The notes under the pieces were generated by a model. The model searched no databases and was not told the DNA's origin. It saw nothing but the letters and a program-made list of their open reading frames with translations. Made by a program: the position numbers and the translations under genes. A stretch of 64,000 nt of DNA from Dimorphilus gyrociliatus (lineage: Eukaryota; Animalia; Annelida). How positions within the stretch are numbered: position 1 is the stretch's first letter; every line of letters begins with the position of its first letter. The stretch spans positions 288,964-352,963 of the forward strand of contig CAJFCJ010000026.1 in the NCBI GenBank assembly GCA_904063045.1, in the 5' to 3' direction. This document shows positions 25,089-37,639 of the stretch, in pieces.

Positions 25089-26645
25089 ATGAATCTTGAA
25101 AATCTCTGCTACCAAAAAATTTCCGACTATTCAAGAGAAATATTCTGGTATATTTCGGAACACGACATACTTTTCCCTCGAACTATATCTGACAATCTAT
25201 TCGAAATTTTTAGTCAAACACTTGGATCAAATATGTCTGATAAGTTTGAAGTTTTTTCCGGAAAGAAGTTTCAATTGCAAAATATTCGTATTGATTTTGG
25301 AAAAATCTCTTTCAAAGATAGCCTTCACATTTTAAAGGAACATCAACTAAAGAGGGTTCACTTTAAGAATGCAAAGAAGGCTTTTTCTAAATGGCATCAA
25401 ATCATTAACACAGAGTCTATATACTGCTTAGGATTAACTGAATTTGATGAAGTAGAACGAATAATTTCTAAGGATGGAATAGAAATTTATGACCTTTTAA
25501 AACTAGAAACGACTGTTTTACGATACTTTCCGTATCTAATATCTCTAAATGTATCAAATTCTACTTTTAACAATGACGACCTTCGTTTGACATCTGATTT
25601 GCATCCAAAACTTCAAAACATATGCCTATCTAATACCTTCGTAAATAACATAAACATTCTTAGCTATTTTAAAGAGTTGAGAAAAATTTCTGTTGGTCGT
25701 TCAGATTTGGGAATATCTGTTGAAGGCTTTTCAGATAGGTTAGAATTTTTGGACCTATCTCGAAATACTTCTGCGCATAAGACGTTTCAGAAAGAGTGCA
25801 GCTTTCCTAATCTGAAATACTTGGATATTTCTCAAAGTAATGGATTTGAAAAGATTGATATAAGGTAAATAAATATGTTTGTACATCTGAAGTGGTTAAT
25901 TAGTTTTATAATTTAGATATTTCTTCGAAAAACATTGCAAGCTTGAGTATTTTGGCTGCCTCTTTGTCAAAATACAAAGTTTTACAGAATTAAAAAATAC
26001 CTTTCCATTAATAAAAGTAAAAATTTTTAGCCGTTTTTGAAGATTATAATACTAATTTATTGAATTTAGATGGGGCACGAAAGCGATATTGAATGTATAA
26101 GCTGCTTATTTCTGTTTTCGGATGATATTTTTTATCGTAACTTTAGAGTGTTGAAACTATTTGAAAAAATATTATACTTTTTGCAAAAGGACTGTGAACA
26201 TTCCCTTATTAGCACTGTAGCGAAGGTAAGTAATTTATTTGTAACCATACTCTTTTCATAAATTTGCTTCAAGGCTCTGGTTCACTACGTTGAAAAAATA
26301 CTATATGAAGGCTTCGAAGGACGATCTTCCGGATGTTTTCATTGTTTTACAGCTTTGCTAAAGCACGAAGGAAAAGTACCTTTAGATATCAGGAGACGAA
26401 TTATCAATATTCTTCGAACTATGGAGAAAAGGAAAAGCAAATTTCTAATAAATATATCCGTATGTATAAAATTACATACTACAAACACATTTTGAGTTAC
26501 TATCATTTAGGATGAAAAAGCGAAGCAAAAATCTCACAACATAGGAAATGCAAGAGTACCAAATACTCTGCTACAGTACTATTCCAGTTCTTCAAAAAAA
26601 ATTCTATCAGTATTAAGCGAATTATTTACAATATTGGGTTTTTAA
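25089..26645 (+). CDS. ZER1/ZYG11-like leucine-rich-repeat protein with an N-terminal VHL-type box (short, divergent)
   Basis: BC-box NLENLCYQKI then Cul2-box-like FPRTISDNL. LRRs LISLNVSNS, LQNICLSNT, LEFLDLSRN, LKYLDISQS. The 3' exons are approximate. Confidence 0.7.
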
Positions 26646-26732
26646 GGGCAATGGACTTTTTCATGACACTGTTTACTTTAACAGCCTGCTTTTGTGCATC
26701 ATAATCTTATTTAAATACAAGAAATATTTCAA

Positions 26733-28413
26733 TTAGAAATCAATTAAGCTCTCAGCAAGGCAGTTTTCGTGATCATCGAAAATTTCTTCTGCCATATAAT
26801 TTTCACTAAACAACAGCGGAAAATCTATCTCATCAGAAGACCGAAATTCTTCAGATAAATCCACAATCTCAGAATGAGTTTTAAGTAATATCAAATCTGA
26901 AATTCGACTAGGAATATTAAGTTTACAAAGATTTTCGTCCAGAGGTCCTCGAATAAACTGGCGAACAGTAACAGCTGCCAGGTTTGACAACCTTCGAGGT
27001 TTAGGCATATTAATGATAAAGTCCAAAAAATTCACTGGGAAATACGTTTCAGCAGAAGAGCAGTAATATATTATTTCCAGTAGTTCAGTTACGTAATACT
27101 CTATAGAAAAGGTAACTAACTGATCAAAGCTGTCATTTCATATATTAATTTTACTCACCATTACTAGCTAAATTTTCAGGTATCTTTCCTGTAAAAACGA
27201 AGCCATTCTGTAAAAATACCGGTAGAGCTAAAAAACTAAACGCAATCATTTCTTCATTCTCTAATAATATTTCTTGAAAAAGGACTTCGCAAAAAAAATT
27301 TCCAGCATTTTCAATTGAAATAGAGCATTTGCTCATGCATTTTACAACATGAAACAAAGAATTAATATAACAATTACCAGTCAAACTTTCATTTAACAGA
27401 ACAAGATTACGAATCCAAGACAAAAGCAACTTAACAACTAGTTCCTTTCTCACAACAAAAAATTCAAGCAAGCATTTCACAGAATACATATTTTGCAAAT
27501 TCTGATTAAACAAAACAGAAACGCTATCATAATTTAATTTAGAGACAATCCAACTTTCAAACTTTTGTAACACACTAGGTGACTCTTGACAAATATATTC
27601 AATGATTTCTGGAGAGCTACTTATAAAATTATCAAAAGTAATTGCTCTAAAAAATTTTTTCTTCACAAATTTCTTTTGAATTAAATGAATGAAGATTTCG
27701 TAATTGCCTTTTTTGTAAGCCAACATTGTTAAATGCAATCTAGTGTTCACATTCCGCCAATTCACAACATCTTTAGATACGTAACAGAAATCAAACCATG
27801 ATATTTCTTTGTCTGTTATAATATTTTCATAATCGAAATCAATTGGACGAACAGAAAATACGCATTTAAGTCGATCAATCAAGCAGTATTTATCAGGACG
27901 ATTTAGTTTCAAAAGACATGAATATATTACCGAACAGAACTCATCGGTAAAATTGTTTGCTATGTCATAGTCAGAAAGTATTTCATCAACAATATCCAAG
28001 TTAGGCTGACACAGAAAATGGACAAAGATTGGTATAAGTAATTCGTTCCCTAAGACGTTACCCATTATAATATTCATCTCACAAAACCAACGTTTTTCCG
28101 CTAACATCTTAATGAGGGGCCAAAAATGTTTAATAAAAAAACATTGCCAGCATTTAAATACTTTAGCAATATTAGGAAATTCGACATTTTCCAAAAGGAA
28201 CTTGCACCTTTTTCGAAAGTTTCGAAATTTCGTGTAAAATTCATCTGATACATAATCAAAAAGCTCATCAGTAACCTGCGAAGACTTATCGCAACAAATG
28301 TACATTAACCCGTTCTTTCGGTCCAAAAGCACAGAGAGAGGAACAAAGTTTCGAGTCTCAAGGTATTTTAATACAGACAGTTCCAAAAGTGATTTCATGA
28401 CAAAAAAAAGCAA
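26733..28413 (-). CDS. Two-exon helical protein with a C-terminal SOCS box
   Basis: The 420-aa ORF ends at a GTGAG donor (about 27156) and splices in frame to EYYVTELLEII...KPRRLSNLAAVTVRQFI...LCKLNIPSRISDLIL (SOCS box). Confidence 0.75.
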
Positions 28414-29038
28414 CTAATTATCAATCTTTTCTAGAAAACAAAATAATTTACCACGTATAGCAGCAGCACCTTCTACCAAAAAGAACAATTGTTGAGTACT
28501 TTTAAATTAAAACGGAAAAGACTGGTTACATACACAGACTGTAAATTCATTTAAAGTGGTTAAAGTAAGACAAAAACTTCATTTTAGGTAATTTACTTTG
28601 CAGTTTTACGGTAGACTTTTGCTGTTCAAAGTCTTTTAACAGCTTAAAAAAATATTTTAATTTGACCTAAATTATTACAATTATTTAGGGATAATTTACA
28701 AGTTAGATAAATTAATAGATTCAGGGTAAACGAAAAAAATTTTGTGACTCATTACAATATTACAAAAACAAAAGCAGTGAAAAAGATTTCATGGCAATTG
28801 TCCATTCAGCTGGCTCTGTTGCTCATTTTCATTTTTCATTTGGCTATAGCGAAGCGCATTACTTTTTTGAAAATAACATGATTCAGAGCAAAAAAATCAT
28901 AATTATAGATCAACATTATTGAACATATTCAGGTAAAAAATTCCCAAATTTTTGGCTTTTAGCCAAGATATTTGAAAAGATCACAAAATATCTCAATATA
29001 ATATTGTAAATTCGAAATTCATATACAACATAACACTG

Positions 29039-32000
29039 ATGACTAAATCTAACCCGTCACAATCGTTTGAGCTAAAAGAACTAGAAAATCTTGAAGCGAT
29101 GGATGAAGAACAATTCATCAGAAAAAACTTTTTTTATCAAATCGAGTAAGAAAAAGCTGTTTTTTTCCTCAATATACAGAAAAAATTTATAAAAAAAATA
29201 TTCACTAAATAGGTGCCTAAAGGTCACGACTGATACTTTTGGAGAATTTTCACATATTAACTATTCAGCAAACGAAAAATCGAAAGTAAGATTTGGATAC
29301 ATTTATATATTCCTAAAAAATTATACTTTCTAGTATATACGGTTATCTGAAGATTGTGATATAAAGAATGTACTTACTCTTTTGCGTGATTACTGGCAAT
29401 TAGAAACTCCTGATTTAATTATTTCAGTAACTGGTGGAGCCAAAGATTTCGATATTAGAAAGACATTAAAAGAGTCTTTCGGAAAAGGATTGATGAAAAC
29501 CGCTACATTGACAAGGGCATGGATTATTACTGGAGGAACAAATTCAGGTGTAATGAAGCTGGTTGGAGAAGCTGTCAAAGATTTTTCTACCGCTTATGGG
29601 AAACAACGGAAACTGATAACTATCGGAATTGCCTCTTGGGCTAAAATAAGAAACAGAGAACAGTTAGTGCGAACTAACAATTCGTATGCGACTGTGTATA
29701 ACCCAAAATCTAAAAACGGAGACGAAATTGAACTAGATGTTAACCATACTCATTTCTTTTTAGTTGACAATGACATCAACGAGTACAAAGAAGAGATAAA
29801 CTTTAGAGCCAAATTAGAAAAAGCTGTATCCGAAAAATATTTAAGTAGAAATTTCGAAAATGATTCACAAAAAATTCCTGTTGTGTGTGTTGTTCTAGAA
29901 GGAGGTAGAGGTACTATTAGTACATGTTTGTCAGCTATAGAAAATAAAACACCCTGCGTTATAATTGAAAACTCCGGAAGAGCAGCAGATGTCTTATGTT
30001 ATGCCTATCGTAAATTTGAAAAAATGTTCGTTTTAAATAGTACATTTTTTATATTAACATAATCTATTTCCTATTTAACAGAGACCAACCTCCTTTTACA
30101 TATGAAAACTCTGTCAGGCGTTTTTTTCAAGAATACGCTGATGATGTTAAATATGATATTGAAGAAAAATTTAAAACTAAATTTGTAACTCTGTTTGAAA
30201 TGAATAGTGAACATAATTCTATTAGTTTGGACGAAGCCATTTTAGCATCTCTACGGAAAGGTAGTTTCTTCAATACATACATGATTTAAATAAAAATAGT
30301 TTTGGTTAAAAGGAGGATCAAAAGATGTTCTTCAGCAGTTACGACTCGCTCTTGCATGGAATGTTTTAGAGATAGCTAAAGAACATATCCTAAATAACGA
30401 TATTGATACCAAAGAAATACAAAAACTCTTTATGGAAGCAGTAAAAATATGCCGAACTGAATTTGTTTCTTTCTTTTTAAGGAATTATGATATTTTAGCT
30501 AATTTACTTAATTCTGACGAAGTTGTCCTTTTGTATCGAAATGTATAATGTATAATATACATTATTTACAGCTTATTATTAACAGTAGTTTTATAATTTT
30601 CCAGATCTCGAGGAATGTTTTTGGAAAAAATTTGGTAAAAATTTTCATGACTTTACATAAGCTTTTTGATTAAACTCTTTTTCAGAAAGGCAAGCTAACT
30701 GAAGAAAATATTGCTAAAGAACTTACAAACTTGACCATACATTGTCAACAAGAGTATTATAGCTTTGATTACAATAATACAGCTAAAGAACTGTTTGTTT
30801 ATTGCATAATAAAAAATCAAAAACAATTAGCGTTATTATTTTTAGATGAAATGGAGGTTTGACCCATAACACCTATGTTAAACAATATTGAAGACCTGTC
30901 TATTTCAGAATCCAATAGCAGCTTGTCTAATTGCAGAAGTTCTTCTTAAAGAGTTAGGATTAAAAATCGATGATTCTGAAATACAAAAAGAAATGGAAAA
31001 TAACTCTAGGTAACAACATGATTATACCGTTTTCTAATAAAACTTGAAGTTTTTTTAAGTTTCTTCGGAAGTTTAGCTGTAGAATTATTAAGTGAATGCT
31101 ACCTAGATGACGCTAAAAAAGCGCAACTTATGCTTGTAAGAGAAATAGCAATGTTTAACAACACCACTCTTCTGACATTAGCAAAGGCAGCTGACAATAA
31201 AACTTTCATTGCGCACGGTGCATGTAAGGCTCTGTTAGATCGTATTTGGAGAGGTAAAATCTATCTTTTAAAAAGGTTGTATATTAAAATGATAAAAAAA
31301 GTATTAACAAGTAATTTTTTTAGATCAAATTTTTTATGGGATACTTTCGACGAAGTTCAAAAAAATAATCAAGCTAAATACATCTACAATAGTCCTCAAG
31401 TCAATTTTGTTTTTAATTCTATAAGCTATACTATATTCCTACTACTTTTTTCATTTGTGTCTCTAACTAAAATGACCCAAATATTTACTTTATATGAATA
31501 TCTTTTGATATTTTGGGTATTCACGCTATTGTGCGAAGAAATTCGACAGTTTTATGAAATAGATGGAAGAACCAAGAAAGAAAAATTTTCTTCTTATATT
31601 CATAATTTTTGGAATATATTAGATATAATATCTATAGTTACTTTTTTGTCAAGTATTATTATGAAGGGTTTTGCTAAATACGAATGCAGGAATTGTTTTA
31701 GTGCCTATCAAATTCTTTTTCCTTCCAGTTTAGCTGTATTTTATTTACGATACTTGCACACTTTTACACCAAGCAGAATTTTGGGTCCCAAATTAATAAT
31801 GATATTGAAAATGATGAAAGAATTGGCATGGTTTCTCATAATTTTACTTATTGTGATACTCAGTTATGGAATTTCCTCACAGTCTATTTTATATCCAAAT
31901 GCAAAAATGGGTGCAGATATTATCAAGAAAGTTTTTCACAAAGCATATTTTCAAATATACGGCGAATTTTTTCTAGACGAAATTGAGCGAAAAGAATGTA

Positions 32001-32639
32001 ACCAGACAACTAATATTTGTCCAACGGAACACGCACAATGGTTCATACCAGTTTTATTAGCATTCTACACTTTATTTACAAATGTTTTAATATTAAATTT
32101 GATAATTGCTATGTTCAGGTCTGTTATTTACAAAGAAATAGATGTTTTCTCCTTACTATTTTCTTTACAGTTATACCTTTCAAGAAATTCATGAAAATAC
32201 TGACAATGTTTGGAGATACCAAAGGTACATGCTAATAAGAGAATTTTATGATCGACCTCGTCTACCGCCACCGCTGATTTTTATAAGTCACTTATGGTCT
32301 TTATTTTTAAAAATATCCGCATGTTCTTCAAAATCAAGAAAAACAATTGGATCAATTTTCAGTATGCTTAAATATATGATATACATAGGTTTTTATATTT
32401 CTTTATAAATAGGAATTAAATTTTTGAAGCCAAAGGAAGAAGAACTTGTTAAATGGGAAAAGATAAGAGTGGACCATTACATGTCCATTTTGGAAAATAA
32501 AGAGAAAGACATAATTTTAGAAAAACTTCATCATCTCGAAAAAATGACTGAAAGATTGAGTTTGTCAATCAATAATACAAAAAAACTTAAAAGAAGATAT
32601 AGCCGAAATATACAAAAAAACAATACGACAGTGTGCTAA
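29039..32639 (+). CDS. TRPM: TRPM-family cation channel (TRPM2/4/8-like), no C-terminal NUDT9-H or kinase domain
   Basis: MHR motifs LIISVTGGAK, WIITGGTNSGVMKLVGEAV, LDVNHTHFFLVD, VVLEGGRGT. S2 CEEIRQ; S3 WNILD; S4-S5 LGPKLIMI; pore YGEFFLDE; S6 LNLIIAMF; TRP box WRYQR. A coiled coil then a stop. Confidence 0.95.
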
Positions 32640-32889
32640 AAATAAACAAGTTTTTTAATAAAATTCTTCAACTATTAAAAATACTTAACGTATCTTTAAT
32701 AAATGTGTTACCAAAAATGTGTGAATACATAAGTTACTAAAGTATCAAAACACTGTATTACCAATTTGAAACATATCTAATCGCTGTGAATTGCCATTTG
32801 TTAACTGATAAGCTTACCACAATTACCTATAAACTTTTGATAAGAGAATATATAAGGTAGAAGATTTTCCATTAACTTTGTGTTTCACA

Positions 32890-34624
32890 ATGAAATTGTT
32901 TATCTTCTTTTTGACGATTTCTGTAGCCACGGCTGCAAGGAAATCCTACGACGGGTACCTTTTCCGTTTTTTAGTAAAATATGATATAATTTGTTTTTTA
33001 ATTTCCTCAGATATAAAATAGTGTCTGTTCATGCGAAAACTGATACTCAAGCCAAATGGTTAAATTATCTTCAAGAAAAAAATGTTTGCCTATAATTTCT
33101 TTAAATTTCTAATGTTGAAAGTTTCTTATTCTAGGTTGATTTTTTGGTTCCTCCTATGAAAGTCGATCATGAAGCTGTAATGCTTTTAAGTCCCAGAGAA
33201 TTTCTGAGAGTAAAAGTCCTACTCCATAAAATCAATTTGGATTTTAAAATTATTCACAGTCAAGTTGGAGAGTAAGAAAATTGTTTTTTTTTTATTCTCT
33301 TTTGTATTAATAGAACTCTTACAGAGATTTAAGAAATATGTTCAAACGTCTTGACGAAAAGAAGCAGTTTGACATTAATGACTATAATACTCTTGAAGAT
33401 ATCAATTCGTATTTAGACAACCAGAGAAATAATTGTCCTTCTGGCGCAAATTGTGAAATAGAAGTTATCGGAACCACCCACGAAAGAAGAGAAATTAGAC
33501 TTTTCAAGGTACTTTAATAGAAAAAACGTATATCCTTTAAACTCTACCTTCAAACAGCTAACAAAACCCGGCGCAAATAGAAGAATTTACTGGTTTGACT
33601 CAGCAATTCATGCTCGTGAATGGTTGGCTCCAGCAACGAATTTGAAAATCTTCGATACGGTATGGTATATATTTCTGAAAAAATGAATTTCAAAATATTC
33701 AGAGAGAACTATGATATACACTAGATGATAAAACAAACCGACGCCGATTCAATAAGTCTTTTGAACAAATACGATTTCTATTTCGTTATTATTTTAAACC
33801 CTGATGGATACGTCTACAGCTGGAATAGTGAGGTATGTTTTTATATGTATTATAAGTAAAGATTTGAAGCCAAAAAAATATTCTTTTTAGCGATTTTGGC
33901 GTAAGAATAGATCTCCAAATCCCGGCTCAATTTGCCTCGGAACAGATCTTAACCGAAACAATGATATATGCTGGAGATGTATTATCTAATCGTTAAATTT
34001 ATTCTACTTTCTAACAAAACTTTCTGACTGAAAGGTGATGGAACTTCTTCGAATCCATGCTCTGATACATACGGAGGATCAGCTGCCGCATCTGAATTGG
34101 AAACAAAAGCCGTTGCTGATACTGTTTCAAAATATGGATCTAGAATTGTAGCTTGGAATACTATTCATACTACTGCACAAATGATTCTTCATCCTTACGG
34201 ATACACCGAAAATGGTATATGCTATAGAGCAGATGATCACGATGATATGGTAATTATTATTTTATTTTACATTTGATAAAGTATGTACTTTATGTTTTTA
34301 TAGTTTAGGGTAGCAAATGCATATGCCGATGCTGTTGAAAACACTTATCAAACTGTATGGACCAGAGGAACCAGCTGTGAAACAATTTGTAAATAGTTTA
34401 AAAAATGCGATTTTAGAATTTATAATACATTTTTTACAGACGCGGCATCTGGAGGAACAGATGATTATGTCAAAGCTCATGGAAATGTAAAATATTCCTT
34501 CACGCCGGAATTGAGAGGGCCAGGATTCAATCCGTCACCATCGGCTATTGAGCCAAGTTATCAAGAAATGTGGAATGGCATCAAGGCGATGATCGCAGAA
34601 ATTGAAGCAATTGAAAGCGAATAA
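32890..34624 (+). CDS. Secreted zinc carboxypeptidase, family M14A, with propeptide; B-type specificity
   Basis: Signal peptide [16 protein letters not shown]; HARE zinc motif; NPDGY; WRKNR; DLNRN; third ligand in TIHT; [10 protein letters not shown] (Tyr248 and Asp255 equivalents); PELRG (Glu270). Confidence 0.95.
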
Positions 34625-35699
34625 TATAAAAAATAATTTTTCCCCAAATTTGTTTTAATGCAATTTCGAATTTATCAATTTGATATACGAAAAACAGTCA
34701 GAAAAGAACAGTTGTCTGTAGATAGATATATGCTTCTAAAAACAATGACAAATAATGAATTACAACTTACCAAAAGGCTGATTTTTGTTAAAAATTATTA
34801 ATAATAAATATGGGATGAAGACATTTAGACTTTACTTGGATTCTTTAGAAAATTATACATTTATATTGTCTACAAAAGAACTTGGAAAAATAAGTGTCCT
34901 TTCTTAAAATTTAAGTCAGTATATAAAGGAAAAAAAACACCCGAGAATAGCAGTCCTATATTGTTGCGTTTCATCATGATATAAGTTGATTAGAATAGGG
35001 AAACAATATTTACCAAGATTGTTGATTACAATACGATTAGAAGGAAAGTTATATGAACAACGTGTGTATGTTAACATATGATGTTTAAAGATAAATTATT
35101 TAGCGAATATTTTAGTTCTCTCATATTAAACATTATGATATGATCAGAGCAAAATATTTTTTTTTCACATTGATGAGTTTCTAAAAGACAAATTGTAGGC
35201 TTTTTTATGGCACTTGTTTTACAAAAGCTTATATAACAGCTAATTCTAAAAATTGTGTATCAAAAAAAAGATTGTTTTTATGCACAAAAAGGATTTTGTT
35301 GCATCAAAAAATATACATGAATTTTTTTTATTAAAAAGAAAATACACAACGGCCTATCAAATTTTTACATATTTCTAGGGATAGGATAAATGCTTCGATT
35401 TGCAAAAGTATTTCAACAAATATTAAGTTACTATTTTCTAAGTCAGGGTTCTATTTGTGTCTAGTAAGACAAAAAAAATTTTCACCAAAGCGATTCCGTA
35501 GAAAGATTTTTAATATCATTTTGAGTTTTCAATCAGATATAAAAATTATCCTCTATTGATCAGTAATAAAATGTTAGCCGTTTTTCCAAGGTTGTTAAAT
35601 ATATGTAGGCATTTTCTGTGCAATGTAATGATCTGTACTCTACAGTTTTCATATGTTTTAACTGGACGGAAAAATTAAATTAAAAGTTAAAGGAAGCCT

Positions 35700-36430
35700 C
35701 AGTAATTGCTGTATGAATTTTAGCAGAAGTAAATCCCCAGAAGAAATTAAAGAACTATTTGGTCGAATTCAGAGGAAGGCCGATAGAGTATGCTGTTTTC
35801 AGACGTCGAATACGAACGTTTTCAGAGAAGTTCCCGAATGTTGACAGCAATGTTTAATTTGAAGCTTTAATGTTGCAATTAGGTGAATCAGCTAAGACTC
35901 TAATTGAAGAATATGCTTCCATCAAAGGATGGAAGTTTTGAATCGGCTAGAGAGATTGGATCGCCAGTTTAACAGGGTAGATAAATACGAGGAAATTGTT
36001 AACCGAATTTATGAAAACATGAAACTGGATATAAGTAACGGCGATACTTTAATCAAACTCGCAGAATACATAAGGAGTGCAATAAAATTGTTTGTTAAAA
36101 CCAGGTCCGACCAATGATTGCTGTTGCAGTTAGTAACTTTACCGAATCACAAATAGGTAAAAAGAACTAAAGGAAAAATTAACCAAACTGAACAGATGTC
36201 TAAACTGTTTAAAAATTGGTTATAAAGCAAAAAAACTGTAATTAAGAAATATAATATATATAATTTCCAGAAATGAATTGGCACAATGGGAGGTCATCTT
36301 GAGAAACAAGCTAACAAGAGAGTTACTTCAGTTGATGTAGTCGGATGACAGTAAGATTAGGAACGTCCTAGTCAAGACTTCAGATGGAAGGGAAATTCGT
36401 AGGAGTGTACAAGAACTAATTCTAATTAAA
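35700..36430 (+). mobile_element. Internally deleted BEL/Pao LTR retrotransposon remnant (second family): gag piece joined to the integrase tail
   Basis: DUF1759-like LVEFRGRPIEYAVFRRRI...LQLGESAKTLIEEY with stops and frameshifts, and the BEL integrase-end motif DSKIRNVLVKTSDGREIRRSVQELIL. Loosely similar tracts at about 35608-35655 and 36456-36503 may be decayed LTRs. Confidence 0.7.
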
Positions 36431-36625
36431 TAATAATCCTTTTTGCATTTCACTGCATTTCTGTTTTATGTATGTTCTCTGTAAGACAGTTTTATTAATA
36501 TGGATTTTAAAATGTTACTTCAAACCTTATTCTGCCTCTTCAATATCTTTGCCTCTCTTCCATAAAGATATATTATTAGGGCATACTAAATATATTGAAG
36601 CCTCAACGCTACTAAAGAGGGATAG

Positions 36626-37030
36626 GATACAAAAAACTTAGTAAAAAGTGACGTATTCTACAGGATACGTATGGTCAAACCAGTGGTTACATATTGTTTC
36701 TCAGACTTACAGGATTCGGAGATGGCTCGACTTCTATTTGAACCGACTGTCCAAAATCACACATTCCTACATCAAAAACAAACGGTGTTGCAGAGATATT
36801 TTGAAAATAATACGAGACTGGTCAAACAAGGTAATCCACCGACGAACCTAGCAGATATCAAACTACAATGGCTACACACGTGTGCTCATTTCTTGGATGT
36901 GATAATAAGAGGTAATAAGGTCTTTTGGCAAACATTTTTAAAATGTCCTTCGCATGCCTATTATTTGAATGTAAAATTCTTGTAGATGAGCGAAAGAGCT
37001 ATGAATACGTACTATAGAGCAAGATAACCA
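36626..37030 (+). mobile_element. Possible Penelope-like (PLE) reverse transcriptase remnant
   Basis: Ordered motifs MARLLFE (PLE LANLFME), QRYFEN (RYVDD position), IKLQW...HFLDVII (IKFT...PFLDVLI), KCPSHAYYLN (RKPTHTxxYLN), then RAMNTYYRAR in another frame. Matched by eye only. Confidence 0.4.
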
Positions 37031-37639
37031 AATTAAGCACGTGACACAGACTGCTCGGAAGACGGAATTGCAATGAGCTTCATTATCATTATATCATATC
37101 ACTATCTCTTGAATAGTAAATTAAACTTGGATTTATTGTTTACTTCTTAAAATTTTTCTTATTTAGCCTATGTTAGTAGGGTTTGGGCTAACCTGACCTC
37201 TTTCAATGAATTTGCTTGCTCAACTTCTCTTCTCATAATTTCATTATGAAAATTTGGTATTAAGTGAGGATTCTGTTTATCGATTCGAGAAATTCATACC
37301 CTTAATTTTTAACTTTCAGCCTATGTGCAATCTACTCAAAAATATTAAACCGGAAATCCTTAAGGTCTTTTTTGAATTCATTCTAATCTTCAAGTTTTAA
37401 ACATTTTTAAAAAGATAAAAAAGATCTTTCAATCTTTCAAAAATATTTTAGACATATGGTGCGAAATTAGAGCCAAGGACAGAAAACGTCCACAAATCAG
37501 TAACCCTAACTTTTTCCATTACCCATAATTTCTTTAACTAGAAAAAGTTATATCACGGGTGATATAAGTTACGAAAGGTTGCTAACTGATTGCTATACAT
37601 GCGGTTTTTTGGAAAGGTTAATTACTGTAGAACGTAGTG

